Part shown: positions 1-9,078 of the stretch, one piece after another
Position numbering within the stretch: the first letter of the stretch is position 1
Layout of the letters: the number at the start of each line of letters is the position of its first letter
Assembly: GCA_049970095.1 (NCBI GenBank)
Contig: JBMFNP010000003.1
Coordinates: 3,254-67,253 of the forward strand
Direction: 5' to 3'
Source of the DNA: Thermoplasmata archaeon
Lineage (GTDB): Archaea > Thermoplasmatota > Thermoplasmata > Lutacidiplasmatales > SKW197
Length of the DNA stretch: 64,000 bases
The notes under the pieces: generated by a model
What the model was told of the DNA's origin: nothing
Database searches by the model: none
The model's input: the letters and a program-made list of their open reading frames with translations, nothing else
Made by a program: the position numbers and the translations under genes

Positions 1-2
1 GA

Positions 3-629
3 TTCATTCCTGAAAAGTTTTTCTTTATCACAATTTCCCGCACAAAGGATGAAATTTTACATGAGGTAAAGGCATCATTTCCTGTGGATTACTACAATGC
101 AATTTCTAGGGGTGTGATATTCAAGGATTTCGCCGCAAGCTATTTCAGAGCAACAATTATACCACAATCCTGGACAGGTGAAAATACAGGCATATTTAGG
201 AAAGATAAGGGCTCAGATAACATTCTTGAAGAGCTGATTTCTTTTCTGGATACCAACGCACAGAACAGCATGATTGTACTGAACGCCCTCACGGACCTTG
301 TGGTCGCAAAAAAAATTGAACTTCTTGACCTTGTGACCCTGCTGAAAGGGCTCCAAAGAGTATCAAAAAAATGGGGTGGCGTGATTTACCTTCTATTGAC
401 CTCCAGTATTCTTGAACCTCAAAAAGAACTTCTTCTTATTGACAGTGTGGATGGTGTAATTACATTTGAGTGGAGCAAAAGCACAAAAACCTCTAGGCGG
501 CAAAGGTTTATGTATGTGGAGAAGTTCATGCCGTTGCTTATGCATCTGGATAACGAAAGAATTACAAAATTTGCAATTGAAATTAATTCCCAGGAAGGAC
601 TTGTTGTCTCAAGTTATGTGAGGGTGTAA
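3..629 (+). CDS. hypothetical protein, 5' end truncated by window edge (frame open to position 3); co-directional partner immediately upstream of a KaiC-like ATPase
   Basis: Frame 3 is open from the first base. The ORF track starts at a GTG at 84, which is probably not the real start. The Leu-rich middle segment ('ILEELISFLD...VIYLLLTSSILEP') loosely resembles DUF835-type pseudo-ATPase modules. The stop is 2 nt before the KaiC-like gene. Confidence 0.45.
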   Translation, partial: FIPEKFFFITISRTKDEILHEVKASFPVDYYNAISRGVIFKDFAASYFRATIIPQSWTGENTGIFRKDKGSDNILEELISFLDTNAQNSMIVLNALTDLVVAKKIELLDLVTLLKGLQRVSKKWGGVIYLLLTSSILEPQKELLLIDSVDGVITFEWSKSTKTSRRQRFMYVEKFMPLLMHLDNERITKFAIEINSQEGLVVSSYVRV

Positions 630-631
630 AC

Positions 632-1333
632 ATGGAGCGAATAAAAACAGGAATAACTGGACTTGACGATATGCTGAATGGGGGTTTTCCGACAGGGCAT
701 ATTGTGAGTGTGCTGGGCGCCTTCGGTACTGGAAAAACATGCTTTGCAATACAGTTTCTTCACCAGGGCCTTGTTGAGGGTGAAAAAGCGCTGTTTATTA
801 CGCTGGAAGAAGAAGAGGAGTCAATTATTCAGAATGCACTCTCCTTTGGTTTTGACTTGAAGCCCTATATTGAAACAGAGAAGCTGGCAATCTACAAACT
901 TCTTCCCTCAGAAGCAAAAAGTTCAATTGAAAAGATAAAAACAGAGCTTCCAAATGTGATCTGTGCATCTGGTATTAAACGCCTAGCTATTGATTCAATC
1001 TCTCTGCTCACAATGATGTTTGAGAATGAAGGTGAGAAACGCGAAACCCTTTTTGCTCTTTGCCAAAAAATAAAGAAAAGTGGTGCAACCGCTGTGTTCA
1101 CCGCAGAAGCAAAGCCAGAAAATCCAAATGTTTCTAGAGATGGAATGGTAGAGTATGTTTCAGATGGTGTGATTGTACTTTACTATTTTGAGGACCCGCG
1201 ACATGGAAGTGAAATTCGCACATTTCTCAAAATCTTGAAGATGCGAAGAACCCCGCATTCCAGAAAAATAAAGCCCTATGAACTGGGAAAGAACGGGATC
1301 ACTGTGCTTTCCAAAGCAGAAGTTCTGGAGTGA
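632..1333 (+). CDS. KaiC/RadA-like RecA-superfamily ATPase (single-domain archaeal KaiC homolog)
   Basis: The N-terminus reads 'ITGLDDMLNGGFPTGHIVSVLGAFGTGKTCFAIQF' (KaiC-type Walker A), with Walker B-like 'VIVLYYFED'. The length (233 aa) is typical of archaeal KaiC-like proteins. Confidence 0.8.
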   Translation: MERIKTGITGLDDMLNGGFPTGHIVSVLGAFGTGKTCFAIQFLHQGLVEGEKALFITLEEEEESIIQNALSFGFDLKPYIETEKLAIYKLLPSEAKSSIEKIKTELPNVICASGIKRLAIDSISLLTMMFENEGEKRETLFALCQKIKKSGATAVFTAEAKPENPNVSRDGMVEYVSDGVIVLYYFEDPRHGSEIRTFLKILKMRRTPHSRKIKPYELGKNGITVLSKAEVLE

Positions 1334-1349
1334 GTGCATGTTTTACTAT

Positions 1350-2537
1350 TTACATTCCTCCCCGTACTCGCATTCTTCTCAAAGTTAGAAATGTAAGTGT
1401 TCCCCAAAGAAGCACAGCAATGCCACATGCCACTGTGAGCGAAATTGCGGCTCCAGGTGTTCCAAGAGATGGAACTAAAAAGTAAAGAAGTGCGAAATTT
1501 ACAAGTGCAGTCACTCCTAACACAAACCCCTCATATATCGGTTTTCCAAACCCAGTCCAGGTTGAAGCAAACACATCAGAAATTGCAAACAGCATCATTG
1601 CAGTGCTGAGCACTGGCAGCAGAAATGCAGCAGGAAGATATGCCTCAGGATAAAAAATGTGCATTATTTCATCAGGGAATGCATAGAAAATCAGGGCAAG
1701 GAACAGAGAAATGGAGGAAGTTAATCCGAGACCCAAACAAAGATTTTTTTTTAATTGTTTATCTTTTGCAGTTTCTGGAAGAATTACTGTGCCTACGGCG
1801 GATGGTGCAAACATGAACACGGCCATCAGTGTTTTTGCAGACATATAATATGCAAGCTCTGAAGTGCTCAGATATGCCCTGACAAACACAGCATCTAGTT
1901 GCATTACAAGAATATAAGCGATGGAAGAAACATAAAGAGGGGCTGAGAAACGGAGGATTTTTTTAAGCTGTGAAATCTGTATATGGCATTCACTCAATCT
2001 CCAAAATCTGCGGGGAATTGTGAGTGGCAGGGGAAGAATTGCAGCAAGGAGGTAAAAAACGGAAAAGATGAGGACATTAGGTGGAAACACAGCCAGCGAT
2101 CCAAGGAGTATAATTCTGAAACCATTAGTTATGATGAAATAAATTGAAAGTTGGATGTACATCCGCATTCCACGAAGCCAGGAATAAATAAACTGGGAGA
2201 TGAAAAACGAAAGTGCGATTAAAATGAGGGAGAATCCACCAACCCAGAACATAATTGGAATTGAGAAACAGAATACCTGAGCTGCAAAAATAGCCACATT
2301 CTCGGGAACATTTTTGTGCTTTCCCTCCCCTATAAGTCTGCTCATTGTGGTAAACACCCCAGCAAAAAGAGAATTGTAAAGAATCATTCCCACAGCCACA
2401 AAATATCTGAATATGCCAAAGTCCTCAAGCACCAGAAATCTTGCTGCAAGAAGGAAGAATACCAGGTTCAGAATGTAGCCGCCAGTATTTCCGATGCCCA
2501 CAGTTACTGTGCTTATAAAATATTTTTTTGTCTCCAA
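1350..2537 (-). CDS. polytopic membrane protein, MOP/Wzx-type polysaccharide (oligosaccharide) flippase-like
   Basis: 395 aa with roughly 12 predicted hydrophobic helices and the composition and length of Wzx/MATE-like exporters. It lies in a glycosylation-related neighbourhood. The family call is by general resemblance only. Confidence 0.5.
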   Translation of the reverse strand: METKKYFISTVTVGIGNTGGYILNLVFFLLAARFLVLEDFGIFRYFVAVGMILYNSLFAGVFTTMSRLIGEGKHKNVPENVAIFAAQVFCFSIPIMFWVGGFSLILIALSFFISQFIYSWLRGMRMYIQLSIYFIITNGFRIILLGSLAVFPPNVLIFSVFYLLAAILPLPLTIPRRFWRLSECHIQISQLKKILRFSAPLYVSSIAYILVMQLDAVFVRAYLSTSELAYYMSAKTLMAVFMFAPSAVGTVILPETAKDKQLKKNLCLGLGLTSSISLFLALIFYAFPDEIMHIFYPEAYLPAAFLLPVLSTAMMLFAISDVFASTWTGFGKPIYEGFVLGVTALVNFALLYFLVPSLGTPGAAISLTVACGIAVLLWGTLTFLTLRRMRVRGGM

Positions 2538-2546
2538 CAGTTCACC

Positions 2547-3743
2547 TCATAGTGTGTATTCCAGTTTTTTTGTATTGCAATAAACCCTGTATTCTTTCGT
2601 GATATTGCACATCTGATTGATAGCATCAGATAATGGCTTTGGAAGGTTCATCTTCTTTATGGCATTTGAAAGTTTGTAGCGGTCTATTTCCAGAAATTCA
2701 TTCCATAGCCCGTTTTCAATAATAATGTTTTTCAGGTGGTTATATTCATCTGAATCTTTTTCAGGCATTTCAAGTTTCGGATATTCACGCAGTTTGATTT
2801 CACAGTTTCTGCCCTGGATTGCCTGGTAAGCATTTGCAAGTGCATACTGTAAAATCTTGCCCCTGATTTCTTCCATCTCTGCCTCGATTGCCTTTTTCAT
2901 TTCTGTAAGTTCACCATACCTCGTAGCCAGTTTATAACCCTCTTCTTCACTGATTTCTGTCGGCCCATATTCTTCTATAAGGAGTGAGTGCCTTTTAAGA
3001 GGGCAGTATTTCCAGTACATGCACCAATCGCATAGCGCACTTGATGTGGGTTCAAATTCAGTGGCATTGATGATTTCAAATGCAAGTTTTCTTATTTCTT
3101 CCTTTAGCTTATCCAGGTCCTCTCTGCTCCGTACACTCTCCCGCTCCATTTCAAATCTGAGATAATGCCAGATGAGCTTCACTTCTTTTACATCCTCAAG
3201 TTCTTCCTCAACTGCGAGCTGGTAAATTGCGAGCTGTTCATTGCTCTCGCTCCACTCCTTTGTAGGATAGGAACCACTGGTTTTGTAATCATGGATTTCA
3301 TATTTTCCCTCACCTGTTTTGTCCACACGGTCTATAACTCCTGTGATTTCTATACCCTCCTCCAGCTTAATTGTGAAGTCCTTCTCTATCCATAATGTGA
3401 TTCCATGGTTGAAGGGATGGAACCTGCGATAGTATCCCTCAATGCACCTTTTCCCCACCTCAAAATAATTTTCAGGTGTATATTCCTTTTTTATGATTTT
3501 GATTTTTTCGTTCCAGTTTGTTTTCCAGGAAGATGTATAAAATTCAATGAGTTCTTCAAGTTTTGGCACTTTCCCGTTTCTTACATCTGTGTAAAGTTTT
3601 TCAAGGACTTCATGAACAAGGGTACCCAGGTATGTCTCTATCGTTGTACCTTCTGGCTCAATTCTATCTATTCTGGAAAGCTTGTACTGCAGCGGGCAAT
3701 TCCTGTAAGTCTCAATACTGGAATAAGAGAGTTTTATCGCCAT
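2547..3743 (-). CDS. PD-(D/E)XK nuclease of the Cas4/RecB family with a 4-Cys (Fe-S) signature, stand-alone
   Basis: There is an N-terminal Cys ('YRNCPLQY'). The core motif is 'GVIDRVDKTGEGKYEIHDYKTSG' (D...D/ExK). The C-terminal Cys triad 'CDWCMYWKYCP' is typical of Cas4/AddB-type nuclease domains. At 398 aa it is larger than canonical Cas4. Confidence 0.7.
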   Translation of the reverse strand: MAIKLSYSSIETYRNCPLQYKLSRIDRIEPEGTTIETYLGTLVHEVLEKLYTDVRNGKVPKLEELIEFYTSSWKTNWNEKIKIIKKEYTPENYFEVGKRCIEGYYRRFHPFNHGITLWIEKDFTIKLEEGIEITGVIDRVDKTGEGKYEIHDYKTSGSYPTKEWSESNEQLAIYQLAVEEELEDVKEVKLIWHYLRFEMERESVRSREDLDKLKEEIRKLAFEIINATEFEPTSSALCDWCMYWKYCPLKRHSLLIEEYGPTEISEEEGYKLATRYGELTEMKKAIEAEMEEIRGKILQYALANAYQAIQGRNCEIKLREYPKLEMPEKDSDEYNHLKNIIIENGLWNEFLEIDRYKLSNAIKKMNLPKPLSDAINQMCNITKEYRVYCNTKKLEYTL

Positions 3744-4060
3744 GTTTGAAGGAAGTACAGGGAAGTATATATAGATGTGGAGTGGGAGATATCCTCAAAA
3801 TCACAAAAATTGAGTGTAATTGCCGGTAAATAAATGCCCTAGGATGGCTTTATTCTTCTCACTCCCAAATATGAGAACAGCAAATCTTTATGACCTAATT
3901 ATTTCTGGTTGAACACCTAGAAATGTTTAAGTATTAAAAACGGTATTAGTATATTGGAGTTGAAAAAGATGGATGAGTTCATATTTCCTTCCAAATTGGA
4001 ACAAAATGTGAATTTTACACATACTAAGTTATAGAGATGCCAATAAAAAAAGGTGATTAT

Positions 4061-4534
4061 ATGAAGAAAATAAAATTAAAACTTTACCTTGAGAATTCAG
4101 TAATAAGCATGTACTTTCAGGATGACGACCCTTATAAGCGCAATTTAACTCGCCAATTCTGGAAGGAAGTTTTACCAGATTTTGATGTGTATATCTCAGA
4201 GATGGTCCTTCGTGAAATTGACGGGATAAGGGATCTTGCTCTACGAAAGGCAACAATGAATTTGATTAGAAATTTCACAATCTTAGAAGAAATACCACAG
4301 GTTATTCAGTTATCCAACATTTATCTCTCTATGAAGCGAATGCCAAGGGGAGATGCCATTCATCTGGCTTTTGCAACTCTTGGCGGAATGGATGTATTTG
4401 TAACATGGAATAGCAAACATCTTTTCAAACCAAGTACTCAGGAAATGGTTGTTGAAGTTAATATACATTTAAAGTTACCAATTCCCACAATCTTAACACC
4501 GGAGAAATTTTTTGAGTTTGAAGAGGAGGTGTGA
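4061..4534 (+). CDS. vapC: PIN-domain ribonuclease (VapC-like toxin)
   Basis: An AGGTGA Shine-Dalgarno sits 5 nt upstream of the ATG at 4061. PIN-like acidic residues are present ('YLENSVIS', 'D..HLAFATLGGMDVFVTWNSKH'). The ORF-track start at 4037 is probably too far upstream. Confidence 0.65.
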   Translation: MKKIKLKLYLENSVISMYFQDDDPYKRNLTRQFWKEVLPDFDVYISEMVLREIDGIRDLALRKATMNLIRNFTILEEIPQVIQLSNIYLSMKRMPRGDAIHLAFATLGGMDVFVTWNSKHLFKPSTQEMVVEVNIHLKLPIPTILTPEKFFEFEEEV

Positions 4535-4535
4535 G

Positions 4536-4751
4536 ATGCCTAAAAGAGAAGTTAATGAAAAAGAAATAGAAAGAATACTTAAACGGGTCCAGAGGGAATT
4601 TCCTGGCAATAAGTGTTTGCAGGATATTCACTACTACCGATATATCTTAGAATTAGAATGGGAAACAATGACGCCAGAGGAAATACTAGAGGATATAAAG
4701 AAAGGAGCGAGACGTATCAAGAAAGAAATGAAAAAACAAATAAGTGAGTAA
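4536..4751 (+). CDS. small hypothetical protein (72 aa), translationally coupled downstream of the PIN gene; possible non-canonical antitoxin or regulator
   Basis: A GGAGGTG Shine-Dalgarno is embedded in the last codons of the PIN gene, 8 nt before the ATG at 4536. The protein is charged and helical, with 'HYYRYILELEWE'. Confidence 0.4.
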   Translation: MPKREVNEKEIERILKRVQREFPGNKCLQDIHYYRYILELEWETMTPEEILEDIKKGARRIKKEMKKQISE

Positions 4752-4779
4752 CATGATGTTCCTGCCACTTCATATAACA

Positions 4780-4974
4780 GAGACTGTCAACTTAACACCT
4801 CCTTGATCCAATAATTTGTAAACCCGACATCCTATACATGGACGGCAATGGCTTGCTCGTCATCAATATCCCAAGCACACCATACCCTATATTCTTTCAA
4901 TCATCCCTCTATGTAAACCTATGTTTAAGAGGGGGATGGGATTGTGAGTATTTAACCCTTAAGTTGACAGTCTC
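4780..4974. repeat. 195-bp element bounded by a perfect 16-bp inverted repeat (GAGACTGTCAACTTAA ... TTAAGTTGACAGTCTC); MITE-like or structured-RNA candidate
   Basis: The left arm is at 4780-4795 and its exact reverse complement is at 4959-4974, with 163 bp between them. It lies in the intergenic space between the PIN cassette and nfo. The internal ORF 4838..5119 is not credible. Confidence 0.6.
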
Positions 4975-5016
4975 ACAGAAACCCCGACAGAAATCATTAA
5001 TACTCTCAGATATATT

Positions 5017-5847
5017 GTGCGCTACGGTGATGCAATGTTCTATTTCGGTCCTGCAGGCATTCCAGAAAAATGCAAAACCTACACCGAGGCATTTGAATAC
5101 CTACATAACATCGGGCTGAATGCAATGGAACTTGAGTTCGTGAGAGGTGCCAGAATAACTGTTGAGAGGGCGGAGGAGGTTGGTAGAGAGGCAGCAACGC
5201 ACAGTATAAAACTCTCTGCCCATGCACCCTACTTCATCAATCTTAACTCAAAGGAGCGGGAGAAAATCGAGAAAAGCATTGTCCATATTGTAAGAACAGC
5301 CCAGGTTTCGGATGCAGCGGGTGCATCTCCCGTGGTTGTGCATGCTGGCTATTACTCGGGGAAAACTTCCAAGGAAGCAACGGAAATAATTGCCACAAAC
5401 CTTGAAAGGGTAATTAAAGAGATTGATGAAAATGGCTATGCCGTGAAAATCGGACTTGAGACCATGGGAAAGGTGAGTGCATGGGGAACGCTGGATGAGA
5501 TTCTAGAAATCTCCACCAAATTCAGAAATGTAATACCTATAATGGATTTTGCCCACATGTATGCCAGAAGCAATGGAAAAATAACCGAGGAAGCACAATT
5601 TGAAGAACTCGTGAGAAAGTACGAATCTGGAAATTTTGGGTTCATGCATGTGCACATGAGCAGTATCGCCTACACCTCAAAAGGCGAAAGAATGCACCTT
5701 ACAATGGAAGATTCAAACGAGCCAGATTTCAGGAAAATTGCAAAGGTGCTGAAGAAGAGGGATTATCCCATCACAATTATATCAGAAAGCCCAGTGCTTG
5801 AGATTGACGCCCTGAAAATGAAAAAGATAATTGAGGAACTCCCATGA
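5017..5847 (+). CDS. nfo: endonuclease IV (AP endonuclease family 2, TIM-barrel)
   Basis: Nfo hallmark segments are present: 'SAHAPYFINLNS', 'VVVHAGY', 'IGLETMG' and 'MDFAHMYA'. The true start may be the second Met at 5035. Confidence 0.8.
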   Translation: MRYGDAMFYFGPAGIPEKCKTYTEAFEYLHNIGLNAMELEFVRGARITVERAEEVGREAATHSIKLSAHAPYFINLNSKEREKIEKSIVHIVRTAQVSDAAGASPVVVHAGYYSGKTSKEATEIIATNLERVIKEIDENGYAVKIGLETMGKVSAWGTLDEILEISTKFRNVIPIMDFAHMYARSNGKITEEAQFEELVRKYESGNFGFMHVHMSSIAYTSKGERMHLTMEDSNEPDFRKIAKVLKKRDYPITIISESPVLEIDALKMKKIIEELP

Positions 5848-6980
5848 AAATTTTGCAGGTAACTCCATACTTTCATCCACATGTAGGTGGTGTAGAATCC
5901 CATGTGTATGCGCTAAGCACGGGGCTCTCAAAACTTGGACACAAAGTGACAGTGCTCACAGCCAATCACACAAACACCCTGCCAGAGAAAGAGATAATTG
6001 AAAACATAGAGGTTGTGCGGGTGCCCACACATGGAAACCTTTTCAATACACCAATTAACCCCTCAATTTTCTTTACCATAAAAAATCTGGATTTTGATAT
6101 TGCACATTTACATTTCCCGCCTCCCCTTACCTCTTTCTTTGCATCCCTTCGCCTTGTTAAAATGAAAAAACCCTATGTGCTTTCCTACCACTGTGATGTA
6201 GAACTGGCAGTGCCATTTGGAAATTTGATTGTGGAAATTTACAGGAACACGATGGGCAAATATACAGTATTCCATGCATCTAAGATAATCGTGCACACCC
6301 GTACCTATCAGGCAACATCAAGGACCGTTTGGAATATAGAGCCTGAAGTGATTCCATCTGCAGTGGACACTCAGAGATTTAACCCTGAAAAGTTTTCTCA
6401 AGCCATAAGAGAGAAATTCAGGCACAAGAAACTTGTGCTTTTTGTGGGAAGGCTAGTATACCAAAAAGGTGTTAGATTTCTGATAGAGGCAGCGCTGAGA
6501 TTACCCAAGGATACTGGTATTCTGATTGTGGGAGAGGGTCCAGAAAGAGAAAGGCTTGAAAGATTTGTTAAAATAAAAAATCTGGATACAAGAGTACACT
6601 TTCTAGGCAAGGTTTCTCCTCACGAACTTCCTTATTACTTTGCAAGTTGCGATGTTTTCGTGCTTCCTTCTGTTTCAAGGCTTGAGGCGTTCGGGCTTGT
6701 GATAGTGGAGGCAATGGCATCAGGAAAACCAGTGGTAGTTTCAGACATACCAGGCGTGAACGAAGTGATTGAAGACGGAAAAGAAGGGTTGCTCTGCAGA
6801 CCCATGATGGAGGAAGACCTGGCTGAAAAAATAATGAAGATATTGAATGACCCTGAGTATGCAAAAAAACTCGGAGAGAATGGTAGAAAGAAGGTGCTGG
6901 AAAAGTACGAATGGAAAAAGGTAGCCGCACAGGTTTATGGTGTTTATGAAAAGGCGCTGGTGGGCATGCAGAAAACATAG
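5844..6980 (+). CDS. glycosyltransferase family 4 (GT-B, retaining)
   Basis: The C-terminal motif 'EAFGLVIVEAMASGKPVVVSDIPG' is the classic GT4 E-x7-E region. The start overlaps the nfo stop (ATGA). Confidence 0.85.
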   Translation: MKILQVTPYFHPHVGGVESHVYALSTGLSKLGHKVTVLTANHTNTLPEKEIIENIEVVRVPTHGNLFNTPINPSIFFTIKNLDFDIAHLHFPPPLTSFFASLRLVKMKKPYVLSYHCDVELAVPFGNLIVEIYRNTMGKYTVFHASKIIVHTRTYQATSRTVWNIEPEVIPSAVDTQRFNPEKFSQAIREKFRHKKLVLFVGRLVYQKGVRFLIEAALRLPKDTGILIVGEGPERERLERFVKIKNLDTRVHFLGKVSPHELPYYFASCDVFVLPSVSRLEAFGLVIVEAMASGKPVVVSDIPGVNEVIEDGKEGLLCRPMMEEDLAEKIMKILNDPEYAKKLGENGRKKVLEKYEWKKVAAQVYGVYEKALVGMQKT

Positions 6981-7067
6981 AATTATTTTGTTTTTTCTAT
7001 CACCCCGGTGCCCATCCTCTTAATAAACTATTTATATGCCCAACCATATTCCAGGTTGGTGGTAAGA

Positions 7068-8261
7068 ATGGATTATACATTTACGGAAGAACAGGAAATG
7101 ATAAGGGAAAGTGTCAGAGAGTTTGCAGAGCGAAAAATTGCACCGATTGCACTCAAAATGGAGGAAACCAGGGAAATTCCAATGGAGATTGTCAAAGGTA
7201 TGGCTGAGCTCGGAATAATTGCTCCTACTGCCTCACCTGATTATGGGGGTGTGGGATTTGATGCGGTTACATGCGCAATAGTTGCAGAAGAACTTGCAAG
7301 GGCAGATCCAACTGGCTCAATTCCTGTGTTCTATCTAATCCAGGCATCATGGGGGCATGTGTTAAACAAATATGGTACACATGAGTGCAAAAGTGAAGTG
7401 TTTCCAAAGGTGACAAAAGGCGACTGGTTCCTTGGAATTGCCACCACGGAAAGTGATGCTGGCTCAGACCTTGGATCCACAAGAACAAGAATCACACCCA
7501 CAGCAAATGGATATGTGGTGAATGGAGAGAAAATGTACATATCGGGTGTGAGGGAGGCATACACAAGAGGAGGAGGCCATGTCACAATAGCCAAACAAAC
7601 ACCAGAACTTGGCACCCGTGGGATGACACTGTTCTACCTTCCATTACAGAGCAAAGGCATAACACCTACATATGTGGATGACCTTGGAAGGGAGGGAATA
7701 TCAACTGGAGGATTCACAATAGATAATGTGGAGATTCCAAAGCACTATCTTATTGGTGAGGAGAACAGGGGTTTCTATATTGTGCATGAGGGTTATGAAT
7801 TTGCAAGAGGATTGATTTCAGTGATATGTGCTTCCGCAGGGCTCAAATCCCTGGAAAATGGAATGAACTACATTAAACAGAGGAAATGTTTTGGTACCCC
7901 CATTGGTAAATTTGAGGGTATCCAGTTCAAGCTTGCAGAGCATTACACAAAACTCTCAATGTTGAAAGATATGGCTTACAAGGCAATGCACACCATTGAC
8001 TTAGAACAGAAGGGAAAGGCAAAGAGATTTGAGGTTTCTAAGGCGATTGCAATGGCAAAGATGTTTGCACAGGAATGGGCATGTGCAGCAATTGATGATG
8101 TAATGCAGTGGCAGGGTGCGTTCGGTTATACAAAGGAATGCCCCGACCAGTGTGCATGGAGGGCTGTGCGTTCCTTTGGCTGGGCAGAAGGCTCAAAAGA
8201 AATTATGAGAATTATTGTGGGGAGAGAACTTCTAGGCAAGGATTTCGTACCCTATAGATAA
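7068..8261 (+). CDS. acyl-CoA dehydrogenase
   Basis: The sequence starts 'MDYTFTEEQEMIRESVREFAE', a typical ACAD N-terminus. A GGTGG Shine-Dalgarno lies upstream. The C-terminal 'QWQGAFGYTKECP' is present. The start listed at 7008 probably over-extends. Confidence 0.85.
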   Translation: MDYTFTEEQEMIRESVREFAERKIAPIALKMEETREIPMEIVKGMAELGIIAPTASPDYGGVGFDAVTCAIVAEELARADPTGSIPVFYLIQASWGHVLNKYGTHECKSEVFPKVTKGDWFLGIATTESDAGSDLGSTRTRITPTANGYVVNGEKMYISGVREAYTRGGGHVTIAKQTPELGTRGMTLFYLPLQSKGITPTYVDDLGREGISTGGFTIDNVEIPKHYLIGEENRGFYIVHEGYEFARGLISVICASAGLKSLENGMNYIKQRKCFGTPIGKFEGIQFKLAEHYTKLSMLKDMAYKAMHTIDLEQKGKAKRFEVSKAIAMAKMFAQEWACAAIDDVMQWQGAFGYTKECPDQCAWRAVRSFGWAEGSKEIMRIIVGRELLGKDFVPYR

Positions 8262-8277
8262 AAACCAGGGTGAGCCC

Positions 8278-9078
8278 ATGGAGATTATCGTTCTCGTTAA
8301 ACAGGTGCCCGACACAACTGAAGTTAAAGTTGACCCCAAAACAGGGACGCTGATAAGAGATGGTGTGCCAAGCATCCTCAATCCTTTTGACCAGTTTGCA
8401 CTTGAAGAGGCTCTTAGATTCCGTGAGAAGAACAAGGATAAAATTCAGGTAAATGTGACTGTAATTTCCATGGGGCCCCCGCAGGCAAAATCCGCAATAA
8501 TGAAGTGTCTGGCACTTGGTGCAGATAAGGGCATTCTGCTCAGCGACAGGGCATTTGCAGGTGCAGATACCTGGGCGACTTCACTCACACTTGCAGAAGC
8601 CATAAAGAAATGCGGAAAGTTTGATATTGTTTTTTGCGGTCAGCAGGCAATTGACGGAGATACAGCCCAGGTGGGCCCAGAGGTTGCCCAGCACCTCGGG
8701 ATTCCGCAGGTAACCTATGTGGATTCAATTCAGGGCTTTGAAAACGGTAAACTTACTGTGAAAAGTTTGACTGATGAGGGATATAGAATTGTGGAAACAA
8801 AATTACCTGTACTTCTCACATGTTCCACACCCTCCTCCTTTGAACCTACAAATCCCTCAATGGCTGCAATTCTGAAAGCAAATAAGAAACCTTTTGAAAT
8901 CTGGACAGCAGAAACACTTGGGGGGGACAAAAGCAGATTCGGACTTTCTGGTTCTCCTACACAGGTTTCCAGGGTGTATTCACCAGAGGCAAGAGGTAAA
9001 GGTGTGGTTTTCAAGGAGAATGTAGAGGATGCGGTGAAAAAAGTGGTTGAGGGATTGATTGAAAAGAAGGTGATATAA
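8278..9078 (+). CDS. etfB: electron transfer flavoprotein beta subunit
   Basis: 'MEIIVLVKQVPDT...' is the EtfB/FixA signature N-terminus. It is followed directly by etfA. Confidence 0.85.
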   Translation: MEIIVLVKQVPDTTEVKVDPKTGTLIRDGVPSILNPFDQFALEEALRFREKNKDKIQVNVTVISMGPPQAKSAIMKCLALGADKGILLSDRAFAGADTWATSLTLAEAIKKCGKFDIVFCGQQAIDGDTAQVGPEVAQHLGIPQVTYVDSIQGFENGKLTVKSLTDEGYRIVETKLPVLLTCSTPSSFEPTNPSMAAILKANKKPFEIWTAETLGGDKSRFGLSGSPTQVSRVYSPEARGKGVVFKENVEDAVKKVVEGLIEKKVI

